Below, piece by piece: positions 23,801 through 37,849 of a stretch of DNA of 64,000 bases. Location: the NCBI RefSeq assembly GCF_032062105.1, contig NW_026937128.1:1-64000 (forward strand), read 5' to 3'. Under the pieces are notes generated by a model. The model had not been told where the DNA came from and did not search any database. It saw nothing but the letters and a program-made list of their open reading frames with translations. The position numbers and the translations under genes are program-made. The DNA comes from Saccostrea cucullata (taxonomy: Eukaryota). Positions within the stretch are counted from its first letter, which is position 1, and every line of letters begins with the position of its first letter.

Positions 23801-25708
23801 ATTTCCCTATATACTCTACTAACGTTCATTAATACATTAAAAAAAAAAATATCTTATATAAGCAGTATCTATAGCAGGAAAACCAATAAATGGGGGGGGG
23901 GGGTAAATGTGATATCTTAATCTATTTTTCTCTTTCTTTTGTTTTTACATGAAGCTTATCAAATAACATCAGTAAATCCATCGTATTGTAAATCCTTGAT
24001 TTCAAAACCCGACTAGACGTATGTATATATGTGTACATTAATTAATAGTCGCGGTATTGACTATACGTTGTTCATACAATGTAGATCGATTTATCAAACA
24101 AGTAATATACAATTATTCATGATTTACTCCTAAAACTTTTCTTACATGATATGACTACCAAATTAGTCCTATTTATTGTACTTTTTACGGCTAGAAATTC
24201 GGATTTACAAATAAAAGAAATAAAATCCGCTGATATATAAGTTGTACCCATTAATATTTATAGAACTATTTCATGTCATAAAATAAGACCTAGTAGCAAT
24301 TTTCAAGTGTCATTAAGCCGTTAACATTTACATATACATGTAGCAAGACAGGTTTTCAATTTCATGCACTCAGAGCACGTGATCTCTGTTGTAGATGACC
24401 TTGATCACAGTCGAAAGAAGATTTCAATATGTTTTTAAGGGGTGTATCTGCGCAAACATTTAACAAACGGATTTGAAAAAGAAATTACAATTTGACATCC
24501 TGACCCATCGATAGCCATATTTAAAATGAAATGACTTCTGAATGAATCTTACACGATTATTACACGAAAATCACACGTTTATCACACGGTTCTTACACGA
24601 AAGTCGCACGTTTCTCACACGCTTCTCGCAAGCTCGCTAAACGAGGGCTACATTTTTATTTTTTAATGAGAAGAAAGATGGAAAGATGGAAATTGAAATA
24701 ACGAACAGAATGCTGTAAAAAGAATAATCTAATCATGACTGACTATTATGAAAGATGGAAGAGAAAACGACTGGTCAGATGTAGCGTTACTGTAAAAATT
24801 CTCTTCTCATTCACATAGGAAATGTGCTTGCAACTTGGAACAGGTCGGAGAGAATACTCGAAATCGAGTATTATCCGTGAAATCCGGTATAATACTTGAT
24901 ATTAGGGTACCGCTTAATCCCCGAAATCGGGTATAGGAGGTGTAATCACCTAATAAAACTTAAACAATGGGATGGCGCATGTTGCCGAGTTAACTTTCAT
25001 CTAGATGCAAATGTTTTCTATAGGTATCACTAGCCAAGTAATAATTTGGGCGTCAAGATTAATGCACTCAGTACAACAAATATCCGTAAAGCTCAGTACA
25101 TTTCATGATCTGCACACAAAAAGGCGTTCGATTTGCTTTATATTTTTCATAATGTTGAAAGTATTTGCATCTTCCTCATGTTTATTCAGACACAACAGAA
25201 TAGTAAAGTATCAGAATTCGGGAATTTATTATAATTCCACATCAACACGACAAACATGAACAATTTGTAAATAAATCAAATTGTTCGGAAACACATTTCA
25301 CACACAAGATATAAAGCCATGTATAAACAAGGGATTGTCTATCGTATCTATTTATGCGTCATTAATTACTTTCACATTCATCTTGTGCATAAAATCAAAT
25401 TTATTTATGAATGTATAAATAATATAATGATAAAAATGTCTAAAATTTCGGCAAAAAACCCTCTTTCTCTTTTTTTAAAAATCTTTTTTTTATCATTCAT
25501 ACATATTTGCAGAATATGTCCAACATTTTAGCAGAGACAGTGATAGTTTCAGGAATACAGCTTATAAGAGAGCATAACTGTCGATCGTTTAATTTCGCTG
25601 TCATCAATATTTTACCATTTCTTGGCGACTTCAAAAAGGGGGGGGGGGGGCTAAAGGCTTCTTGACCACCTCTGACAAAACAAATCAACTGTGTTCTGCA
25701 ATGAATGT

Positions 25709-25805
25709 GGCGTCGGTAGTCTAGTGGTTAAGGTGCCGGACTCCAAACCGAAAGGTTGTGAGTTCGAATCCTGGCCGCGGCAAGTCAACGTTTTGTCCTT
25801 GGGAA
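25709..25805 (+). mobile_element. tRNA-derived SINE head (truncated)
   Basis: A box tagtctagtgg, B box gagttcgaatcc, broken acceptor and anticodon stems, followed by CORE-like tgtccttggg. Confidence 0.65.
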
Positions 25806-28800
25806 ACCTAAAGTCAAATGAAGGGTAACTAAAAAAATTCTCTTATCATGCACAAAGGAAATGTGCTTCCAACATCGAATACAGATGATATTCAAATATC
25901 TCCCAAAGGACTGGATGAAAAGCATTTAGAATGAATGAATGTTATTCTAAGAAAATCTTCAAATTCTGAAAATAGGGTCGACTTAATTCGGTTATATTCG
26001 TCTCAGGGACTTCATTTTTGGATTGCTCGTTGTAAGATATTTTAAGCAGAAATTAAGAAACAGATGGTTAACAATGGTAACTTAAGATCACTTTTTGACA
26101 AAACATACAACATGTTTTATGGAATTTGAGATTGATTACTGTTCGTTATATCCATATCCTTCATTACAGATTACTTAATGTCAATAATGCATTGTTCTTT
26201 TTACATTTAATCCTGTGTCGATATTCATCAAACTCTTCTCTCTTTCTTTTCTGGATGGACAGTAGTTTGTCAATAGGAAGCAATCTAATCTCTATGCGTC
26301 TCCATAACAATGCGTTTAACATGGACAAAAAATGATGTAGAATTTGATTGTTTTTCAATTCTAAAGTTATTTTGCAGTGAATCAGGACCCATGTGAACTA
26401 CCAGACGCAGTGAAATGCATGGATTCTTTGGAGTACGAATATATCATATAATGCTATGTGTTCAGTTAGCGGAATACTATCTAAGCAACAAAATGTCATA
26501 AGTTACTTTAACTCTTTATTTCATTTCATTTTAATCTTCATCACGTATTGTCAATCAGAATGCACTTTACGACCTACAATGTATATGATTTTATAGGAAG
26601 TTGAAAGGGTACCGGGGCAACTTGATGGTTAAAAGATACAATTGGGGATGGGCACTCCTTGGACCAGACGTCAACTGATTTTGACGTGTAGATTCAAGAA
26701 ACAGATATCAAGGCACTCGAAAACCACGCTTTGATGTATTTGTATGTCTGTTACTATAAAGTTATTTTCTCTAACTTAACAGTTGAGTTTTTTTTTCAAC
26801 TAAAATAGTTATGACACAAACTTCCACACATACATGACATTTAGGAAATTTGTACTACTTCATAGCAAAAGAAACATACCATAGAAAAATATTATGATGA
26901 AATGCAGTATTCACTAGTATGGCTGAAAACACTGTTTTTCACTGTAGTTACTCAAATTATACTTTTAATTAAAATTTATAAAATGTACATTGTGTTCATT
27001 TCAGAGATATTAAATTCAGTAAAAGTTATTGGGTGAAGATTTAATGGTAAATCAAAGCATCAGGGTAACAAGGTATTCTATACAGATGATTACAATTAAT
27101 GAAAGCTGACTGATAGTTTACTATAGTATATCATTGTAAACTGAGGTAAACTTTGGTTAAATCAAAGCACATTTTCATTGTGGTATATTCATGTGCATTC
27201 CGTTGCATTCTAAACATCGCATGATACATAATAATAATCTAAATTAAAGCTTATTTCTCGGTAAACATCAAATCTTCAAACAATACAAACGTCTTTATGT
27301 GTGTAAAAAAATCTTGATTTGGACAACATACAATCAATTCTAACAATTAAAATCCTTCCTATTGTATACTAGCAAAACGAAAACAGCAATTAGTCGTAAA
27401 GAAGAAAAAAGTATGTACACCGACACATGATCCTCCCGTAGATTCATTTATAATTGAAAACTATGGCTAAAGTTTAGCGTGTTTCATGTCATAGTAGCTT
27501 TGCTAATGACAAGATGGTGTGGTATAAGACAAACAAGGTATGCACAATAAAACTGAACACGATTCATAAAAGAAGGATATGGAGATAACGAACAATATTC
27601 CATAGGTTCGATCGAAAACATTGTAATCAGGAATATTTGAGAGAAATAGAAACTCCAGGGGTACGTTATACAAAGAACGTACGTTGTCTTAAGATGAAAT
27701 TCTGTTTATAACTTTTTTTATTTGACAATGACTTTAAACTTGTTTCAGTCTATTTAAAAGGAATTTAACAAAATATTTTCATGAAATTTGTTCAATAGGA
27801 TAAACATTTTTACAAAGTCTTATAATCATCTAAAATTTTTGGTCTTAGTTATTCCTGTTTTGGTAAAATGGGCCTAAGTTCATTTTCATTTATCTCTACT
27901 GGTTTTGTCTATATAACATAAGATTGTTAGTTGTGACAAATTGTCTATAATTCATTAAGAATGGACTAAATTCCTATCGTTAGATGTGAATTATTCCCTA
28001 TAAATCATTATGAATGGACTAAAATCCTATCTTTAGATGTGACTTATTCCCTAGAAATCATTATAATTATAATCTTTCTTTGCACAAAATATAAAAAATT
28101 CAAATAAACACATAACAATTTTCACACTGACAATTAACCCCGGTTAAGTAGCATTACTTAAGATCCACTTCCCAGAAACCTTCGAGATATCAGATAAGGA
28201 GTGCCTCTCGCTTAGTTGGTCAGTTTCAGTGTCAGGATAACCTTGTTATGCAATTTTCTTGCTGAGCAGAGTAAAGCTGTTTGCAGCTTATCTAGGTCAA
28301 AATTTGAATTCAACTGATGGACAAGAAGTGCGCGTCTCTTTGCTGTTTATATTTAATGTGTTTTCAAGCTATATACACAAGGATTAAGGCTGCAATATCA
28401 AATTCTGCTCGGTAAATATTATTTCCTTTTCATGGATTTGTGAAATTAAGTTTTTTTTAAGTATCTGTACATCATTTAATTCTTGTTTTATAAGTATATT
28501 TGAAATCTGCGTGAAATGCACATCCTTGGTTCGAGTATTATGTGTGTTTTTTTTTATATTTATTTGGTTATGGAATATAAGTATACTAATATATTACACA
28601 ATTTAATTAATTGTAGTTCGTCGTAAGGTTCAATCAACCAGTGGTGCTGGGAATTGATTATATAGTCAGCCTTGATTGCATCATTGTATTTTAGTGCGAC
28701 ATTTAGCATTTTGTTTAGGAAATCAAAGTGTATAAGTCGTCTAAAACATATCAAAAAAGTATTATTCACCAGAGATTGTTGTCCTTTTTAAATCGCAAAA

Positions 28801-28959
28801 CCTTGAAGTAATTGTATTTGACAATATTTTTATATCATGATATCGCGTTCTAAAACAACAACACGAGGCGGTTATACGTTTCCGTAATACCGATTCTAGA
28901 ACTTTACTTGTCAATGTGCTTTACTGCAGCTATACTTTTACAATTTAATGAGAGGGAAA

Positions 28960-31180
28960 CGGTATATGGAGATAACGAACAGAGTTCAATATCAAAACAA
29001 AACAAAATAGGAGCAGAGCAAACACGGACCTCCGAAACATCAGAGGTGGGATCAGGTACCATGGAGATGTAAGCATTCCATGCTGACCGGTCACACCCGC
29101 CGTAGGAGCAGAGAAACTCGGAATACGCAAGATTTTTTTTCCAAATTTCATTTTTCTCCCAAATCCCTTCATAGACTGATGTATGTAAGGGAGCCCTATA
29201 TCTAGCTGTATTGTACTTATAAGCCGAAAACATCTCGACTGATGGTTTATACAATATTAAATCTTTGCTTATAATATTTCTTAAGAGAATAAAATTTTTG
29301 AGGATAGACATTTCGATAATGTAGATATTTTGCCAAATAAAAAGTTTTTTACAAGACGTAAATTGAATAAAACATATGCATATAACAGTATTCAATATCC
29401 ATAAATCCATAAAACAATACAAAATAACTGCAGGGCAAACACAACCTCTAAAGCATCAGAGCTGGGATCAGGTGCCATGGAGGAGTGAAAATTCCCTGTC
29501 AACCGGTCACTGCCGCCGTGTGCTCCTTGTCATGATCTGGAAATATCGAAAAAATCCGTCGTCAATTACAGTGTATAAATAATGGACAAACAATTAGTAT
29601 GTAAACATCAGTCAGCATTTGACTCAATGATAAATTTTATTTTCTGACATGGTCATAGTTTCGAACATAAAACTTAAAAAATAATGATTTCATACGAAAC
29701 AACTGGTATTTATGTAATTCACAATCTTCAAATTCTGAGAATAAGGGTCGACTTAATTCGGTTACATTCGTCTCAGGGACTTCATTTTTCGATTACTCTT
29801 TGTAAGATATTTTAAGCAGAAATTAAGAAACAGATGGCTTACAATGGAAACTTGAGATCACTTATTGACAAAACGTGCAATCCATTTTTAAACATTTGAT
29901 GCTAATTACAGAAATTCGTATTCGAAATGTTTTAAACATCTTGATATTGTATAGCATTCACTTTTTAGAGCTTTGGGATATATAAGTAGGTATCGGAAGC
30001 ACGCTGCTCATCAACTGTTCTGAAGCTGAAAGAAAGACAAGATGCGATATCTCTGCATTTACCTGTGAGTTATAACTTTAAGTAATTTTTTTTTATTCTT
30101 GCATACGTGCATCCTATGAATAAATAGCAGTTTTAGAGTCATATTCAAAACAAAAAAGCACAAGTTAAAATATCTCTGTTAAACATAGTTTATTGACGAC
30201 TTAAAATTGTCTTAGTGCTCATTACAGCTTGTAGCTAGTTTTAAAATGTTTTACTGATATTCTGAAGAATTGCTACTCTTGTGTTTCACGGTAAACATTT
30301 TGCGTATAAATTAGATTCGCACATTTATGAACATATCACTTAATGCCAAACAAAATGCACATTACAACTTATATATTTCACTTATTGCCAATCAGAATGC
30401 ACTTTACTACATACATCATTCACGTATTGCCAATCAGAATGCACATTACAACTTATATCATTCACTTATTATCAAATAGATTGCTCTTTACAACATTATT
30501 ATATCATTATCTATCACTTATAGCCAATCAGAATGCATTTTTACTTATATCATTATTCACCACTTTTTGCACTTTACAACTTACCCTGGTTAATCATTTT
30601 TATCACTCATTGCCAATCAGAATGCACTTTACAACCTATTTCATTATCTATCATTTATAACCAATCAGAATTCACGTTACCTATTATATAACTTCACAGG
30701 AAGAGGGGATACTACTTCGCTGATAGAGACGGGAATCTCCATTACATGATTCACCAGTGGTTGGAATAGACAAGAAACAGATACAATTGCTTATGGAAAT
30801 CAAGCTTTGATGTATTTGTAGGTCTGTTACTACATGAATAAAAATTGATTTTCTCAAGCTAAGGAATTTATACATTTTTTCTTAATTCATATGTTATGAT
30901 CCAAAATTCCACATATGAATGACATTAATTAGTTTTTCATTGCCTCATTCTTAAAAGGAATTACAATATAAGCTATTAGGATTAAAAATATCTTTTTGTA
31001 CAAGCATAGCAGAGGTATATGGAGGTTACGAACAGTATTCAATATCAAAGTAAAAAACAATATAAAATCGGAACTTAGCAAACACAGTTCTCCGAAACAT
31101 GAGAGGTGGGATCAGGTGCCATGGAGGAGTGAGCATCCCCTGCTGACCGGTCACACCCGCTGTGTGTTCCTTGTCATGAA
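28960..31180 (-). mobile_element. Three short copies (~28960-29105, ~29430-29560, ~31012-31180) of a retroelement 3'-end repeat, probably Penelope-like
   Basis: Shared core gggatcaggt(g/a)ccatggag.....ccggtcac in all three; the Penelope-like assignment is from recollection of mollusc repeats and is unverified. Confidence 0.5.
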
Positions 31181-34109
31181 TAATGAATGTAAAATAAGGG
31201 AAACTATTTTTCACGATATTTCCTCATTTTGTTATATAAAGGTAAACATTAGCAGTATACATTTAAATTGTTATTGCCTCACCCTAACAAGAAAATACGA
31301 TAGAAAACTATTATAATTAAGTTCCTGTTTTAATTATACTGTTACTGAGTTGTCCATAATGAACATCAATCGTGTTCAATTCAAACATATTAAATCTAAA
31401 AAAAAATTGTATGAAGATTAATGATAAATCAAAACATCAAATTTACAAAGTATCCAATACAGATGACTGCAATTAATAATAACTGACTTACTATTGTATA
31501 TTGTTTACTAACTGGAGTAAAATTTAGTTTAATGATGGCTCATTTTCAATAGGGTATATTCACACGCACGCTGTCTCATGCTAAACATCAATTGATACAT
31601 ATTTATAATCCAAATAAAAGCTAATTTCTTGGTATTATACAAATTTAATTACTAGTATGTCACCTGATTGGGACAACGTACAATTAATTCTAAGTTATTA
31701 AATATATCTTATTGTGGATTAGCATAACGTAAATATGTTTTGTCATAAAGAACAAAATAAATGGCAACGGACTGCTTTATTTCCAAAGTATGAATCTCTA
31801 ATCGACCAAACGAAGAACAAGGTACTGTATTGGACAAAAATGCCACGTCTAAGATCTGTTCCGTTTAAAAATCCTTTTAAAAAGTGTAGAATTTAAAAAA
31901 AAAAGGTATTTAATTCAAATACCAGGCTAATATGTATGCATTTAGAAAAAACAGTACCTTTAATAGCAAAAAGAAAAATACGGACGTGACGTCATAATTT
32001 TACAATTGTAAGTGTCAACTGAAATTCAAGACGTACATGTACATTTGTACACTGCGATAGTCGTAAATGTAAATGAGATTCTGTATTCCTCAATATTTTA
32101 TATTTTATCTTTTTATTTCACTTTTTTATATTAATTTATCATGAAATCCTCCATCCGATGGTATCTTACAGTAGCTTTAATCGATAGCATAAAAACAGAT
32201 GCCCAAAAGAATAACGGAGAATAAATAGTAAATTGTCTTTTCTCTGGTAGTTGGGGTAACATACATGTATAGCAGTTCTGTTGCAGTGGTTATGGTTCTA
32301 CAACACAAAAAAATATTAGCCATTATTTAGGGTGCTTCAACAAACCAGTCACGATTTTTGTCTAAATTATTTCACAATAATGAAATAAATAATAACTGCA
32401 TTTTAAAGGCCAGTTTAAAATAAAAAGTCTATATCAATGACTGTTGACTGGGTCCTTGGATCAGTATGGCACTGTGGCCGTAATGGCGCTGTGGCCCGTA
32501 AAGGCGGCACGTCCGTCCTGGACATGTGGTGCATTGTACTGGTATTGCGGAAAGCCTCGTGTGGTCCTTCCTACTGTATATAACCTTGGATCCCTACTTC
32601 TACTTCTTACTTCTAACTACTAGGATCTCAGAAATGAGTAAGATTTCTGGTAATGAAGTTAAGATTAATAACAAATGAAAGACGTGATATAATCTGGCAA
32701 AGGAACAACGTGTCCTTCTATGGTGCCTGCTACGCCCAAACTGACCAGCACGAGCTATTTAAAAACCTAACCCGTCGTGTGAGTTCAAAACTTCTAAATA
32801 TAGGAGTATGGACAAACGTTTGGGATTTAAAATACTAATCACAAGGGTAAAATTCTATGATACACGGTTTGGACATTAAATGTAACAGATGTTCATGTAC
32901 ATATTTTGCTTAACATCATTAGAGAATAATGGGTTTTTTTTCGAAAATATTCGACATATTTTCATCTTTAGAGTTTTATCTACCGGTAGATAATGTAAAT
33001 TTCATCACAGATTAAGCATTGACCCATCCATGATCGATTTCTACATTGTTTACAGATTGAGAGATTATCTTAAAGTAATTTTTTTTGTTTTAGAATTCAA
33101 ATGTCTGTTAGAAGACTCAAACTAGACTTAATAAATAAAGGGAAGACAACTTATAACTAATTAACCTTTTACTCTGTCGGAACAATGGCAATCTGTATGA
33201 AAATCTGTAATCGGTTAGTCGGAAAAAATAAAATTGAACATAAGTTTCTTTAAATCTGATTCTTTTAAAAAGAAATCGCTTCACCTGTCAGGGGCGGATC
33301 CAGGTTTTTTTTTTCTCAATTCAGAAATTTGTTGACAACCGAAAAAAAAGTACTTACCCCTGCCCAAACGTGAAAATCCTATTTCTCGTAAGGGTGTGTG
33401 TGTCGGGAGGGGGGTTGAGTTTTGACTTCTAAGGCTTTATATCAATTACTTTTCATGCCAAATTCACACAGGTCTGAGTTTTTAAGGAAATCTCAGCTTT
33501 TTAGGGGGGTCCAAGGTTACTTTAGGTTAAGTTTATCAATTTCATATCTCTACAAATGCCAGAGGGGGTCATGACAATGTGATTTAGATGCGATTAACCG
33601 GTTAATATGTCAAAAAGTTTTGCAGTTATAACCTTTGTCATCCCTAGAAGAAAAATAAATATATATACCTTTAAATTGTTTCTTTTTCCAGTTTCTTAAC
33701 TCCTAACGAAAAATAAACAGCAGTGAAAAAGAAACTTTAATAAAATTGTACAAGAAAATATTCAAGAAGTGCTGAGAATGAAATTTGGATAAATAAAATT
33801 TTATTGAACTTTGAAAATTTGAAATTACAATTCTTGCCAGATATATTACATCAAAACGTTAGACTTTTGAACACTTTTTACAACCATTCCCCACGATAAA
33901 TGAAAGACCTGGATTTTCATATCATTGGCAGCTGCTTTTTCAATAAAAAGAAAAATTGTACAATTTTGTACAATTACTTTGCTCTACTGGTCTATTGCAA
34001 CATTATTCTGTTTAAAGCTACTCTGAAAGTGACTTTGAAAAGATGATGGAGATTATGCGTGAATTTGGAGATCAGGTCTTATAGCAATCTGTCTGAATTT
34101 TCATAGATA

Positions 34110-34222
34110 CCAATTACGCCCTGTTGCAAGCAGATTTATTTTTGTATTCATATAAAGCAGAAATAAAATCTAAAACTTCACACGAGAAAAAAATACATAC
34201 TTGCTGTGACCTTCAATTCAAT
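34110..34222 (+). mobile_element. Penelope-like RT fragment, highly degenerate
   Basis: Translates to ..QADLFLYSYKAE.. and LAVTFNS, homologous to 46075-46280. Confidence 0.55.
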
Positions 34223-36975
34223 TATATATTGTGAAATGGGTTGGTTCAATCTGTACAGTAAACATGCATTTTGTTTTGATAAAAATGTCTCAATAATTTG
34301 CAGTACAATTAATTAGTCTTTAAAAAGATAACAATTCTATGTAACGATTGAACCAATCAATAATATGTGTGATAATTTATTTTTTGACAATACTTTCTAA
34401 AATCCATAGCATCCATAAATAACTACAAAAGTAAAAAAATCCAGGTGTATAGAAAGTGAACCCTATATAATTTGATCAGGTGGGCAGAACATCCCATCTA
34501 GTCAAATTCAGTATAAAAATTAGCAAAACTAAAACCCTAAACATTAAAATAAAACACATCTGTCAAAATGAATCCAATGATATGTTATATTTGTGAAACA
34601 CATCAATATAGTGACCATGGCAGGTAAGTAATGCTGACTTTAAACAAGGTTGGTTAAATCCCTGTAACAAGCTTATCTGGTCAGTAGCCTGCCTCGGCTT
34701 AAAAATTCGAAGTATAACCTTGTGAAAGAGATCAAAATTCTTATTCTAAAACATATCATTCTTATTCTATGCAACGTGATTCCTATATATACGATTTTTT
34801 TTTCGATTATTCTTAATTTGTATTCGATAAATTGGAGGAAATATGACAATATGATTCCTACATCATAATATATCATTCTTTTCGAAAACCCGCGTTTCCT
34901 ATACGATGTCATTCATATTTGAAAACATGCAATTCCTATTCACAAATTTTGTCATTCCTATTTGATAATTTTATCTTTCTTATTTGAATACTATTTGAAA
35001 CGAACAAAATGGTGTGCAATAACATCAATTTTTAACGCAGACTGTTGACGATCATATGACAGTGGGTTGATTACCCTGAAAGTATAATGACCTAAGAGTT
35101 CTCGTCATACCGGCACTCGTTTTCGAATTATTATGCAACACAAACCCAGTCATTTGTCTTACTTTTTATAGAAAAAAAAAAACGGACAGCTTTTTTTTTC
35201 TATCGGTCACTCCGTGACCATGCCATGTGTTCATTATTTATGATTAGGGTATCGCTCTCAGTGTACTGCATACTTTTCCCTTGACAAAATCTTTCTCTCT
35301 AAAGCGTTTGGAAGAATTCCTTACAAGCGTTGCTAGGCAATTCGTCAATGCACAAACTACAGAAGACCGGAAGTGAAAGTATTTTTTCACCATATACTTC
35401 ACAGATCACATGGTGTAGATGACTCTGAAACAAGAATGCTGATATTCTCATATTATTCTGATTGATTATTTTAAATGATTTGTTGTGAAATGATTGTGAA
35501 ATGATTTTCCTTTTGCATAGTGAATATAAACTTTGTTTTGATTAAAAAGTCTTTAAACCTCGGTGTAAAATTTATTAGTCCTTGAATGGGCTGGGGTGTG
35601 GCTATTTTTAGACTATTTTTACCACCTTTAAAAGAAGATCTTAAAAGAAAGGTAAAAAAAAAATGATAAAGTTTGAAAACTACAATGTATGTATTATTTT
35701 TTTTTTTGCCAAATGATAGTTGACAACTTAGATATTACATCTAAAAAAATAAGTTATATCTGGTGGTTAATTTGTTGACCACCTAGCCTCCTTAAAATTT
35801 GATGAAATTTTATGCAATGATTCAACCAATCAATAACGTTTATGCCTTTCACCCCATTAGTCAGCTAAGTACGGGGAAATCAAAATGTATAGAGTAGTAA
35901 CGAGAATAAATTTGTTTTGCGTTTACTATTCATTAAAGAAGAAAAATTTCATAAATGCTACTAGAAATCAGAGGAAACGAAAGAAACATATTACATATCA
36001 TCGTCTGGCTAACAATTTTAATGGTTTTCCCATACATATTTCATTCACAAGAAATTTTAATGAGTCCAGCGAAAAAGGATCATATCTTAAAATGCTAAAA
36101 TTCTATAACCTAAATGTTTGATTTTTTTTCACTTTATAACGGTATGTGAAATAATTCGAAAAACGTTTTCCAGTTGAATAATTAAATAATTGTGGATGGG
36201 GGGACCGCATTCTGTGACAATTTTTTCAGCTCAACTTTTTATTTAAAGATTCTAAAATGTAAATAAAGTGTTTACTTCTTCACTAATGGTTAGGTAAATT
36301 TCTAGATAAATAAACACTTTTTGCAGGGATACAAATCTCAAGTCACAACAATTAGGAACATAGATTAAGGCTTTTACATGGTTTAATTTGTTTGTAAAAA
36401 AATCGTGGGTATTTAATAGAATGTGACTCCCACACTTGCTCTATCTATAATACGTAAGACAAACTAAGCAAAACAAACTTTAAACGATATGGTCCCTCAT
36501 TTAAAAAGTGTCAACATTTAGAGAATCCTGATCCTTCTATTTAAGATTGAAATCAAAATAAGAGTTAATAATAAAAACAATCATTATTTTAAGTCCCTGA
36601 CAACAGAATATCAAACTTAAAACTGAGTTTTGGTTTGTACATCATGTAGAGCGTTTAAGAAAATTAATTAGTTTATGAAACAAAAATTCAATGCAATATC
36701 AAAGTCTTTGTGTTGACCAGGACAAAAAAAGAAACAAAGAGACGACAACTACATAAAATTCTATGTACAGGATTATTCACGTGACAGAGCTAAGGCCGGT
36801 CATGGTTTTCTGAGCTCATGCTTTGGACCGAAAAAAGGTCATATATCTTCCAATATGTGGATTTAATGTGAATGTAAATTGTGTATTTCATGGAGTAAGT
36901 AGTGAAGATTGTTGAATTCTGTTTTTTCGAAGCTTAAAATTTGCAAACCTTTGATATTTGGATATTCGTACAAAC

Positions 36976-37649
36976 ATGAATAGAAACAGGAGTCGCACTA
37001 GGCAGAAAACACTCCTAAAGGGACATACTTTCTCTGTACCTAGCATTACAGGTAACCCATTCACACCTGAGTTGGTCAGTGCTGTGCATTCGCTCCCTAG
37101 TCTACAAGCTAGCCTCGGGGAGTTAACAGATTCGCTAAGGACAATCAGAAATCTTACCGATGAAATAAGCGAGATCAAGAAGGACTCGTGGGAACAAGAT
37201 GGGTTCGATCACAGAATCAAACTAATAGCACAGCAACAAGCAGACGGAGACGATGAGCTTCAGCAACTGAGACAAGAGAACAGGTCCCTAAAAAAAGATG
37301 TCAACATGCTAAAATGCATCGTGATTAATCTAGAGAGAACAGTAATAAAAAATCAAAATGATATAATCGATCTTAATCGAGATCTATGAAACAAAATATT
37401 TTGATTCATAATCTACTATTAGAGCTGAACAGTAAATACTGGAAAGCTAACGTCAAGACACGCATTATCGGAGAGAAACTCGTATTTCCAAACGGAAGTG
37501 TACATAGAGATAAAGTACAAAAACCAAAAGCTCAACAAATCCTTGGAATGGATCAATCAGAAAGAATCATTTTTCCGGATATTGTTAAGCCATTTGATAC
37601 AGACTTTGTCTTTTATGACATGGAAGTAAACTTCCGACTTAGACTATGA
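36976..37649 (+). pseudogene. LINE ORF1 remnant (coiled coil; middle region apparently deleted)
   Basis: Heptad-rich segment, RSMKQNILIHN-like motif across a frameshift at ~37380, C-terminal IIGEKLVFPNG. Confidence 0.7.
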
Positions 37650-37849
37650 ATGGAAGACATGTGCTTTTTTCGGTCTTCTAGCTCCTTTAAAGGTATGTTT
37701 TTTGTTATTGTTTGTAAATATTTTCATTTTCTTTTCCATGTTTCTTTTCCTGTTATATTTGGCTCTGTAACACATTGTACTAGTTTGACACAAAATTTTA
37801 GCATTGCAGTTGGTACATGTAATATTCATGTAGAATTTTTCAATTTTGA

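Larger units (their letters stand above)
21885..31750 (+). repeat. Three diverged local duplicates of a ~1.1-1.4 kb block (~21885-23260, ~26370-27430, ~30340-31750); an adjacent block recurs at ~7740-8440, ~25820-26110, ~29720-30335
   Basis: Shared strings, e.g. gctttgatgtat(c/t)tgta(t/g)gtctgttacta, tacagatga, ataatc(c/t)aaa, and gggtcga(c/t)ttaattcggtt..tctcagggacttcattttt; CCAAT-containing ~33-bp repeat at 22050-22360 and 30335-30690. Confidence 0.85.

Noticed and set aside
25709-25782. Functional tRNA-Trp(CCA)
   Set aside because: Acceptor and anticodon stems do not pair properly and a SINE-like body follows
28904-29422. 172-aa minus-strand ORF
   Set aside because: Low-complexity AT-rich translation running into a repeat; no recognisable domain
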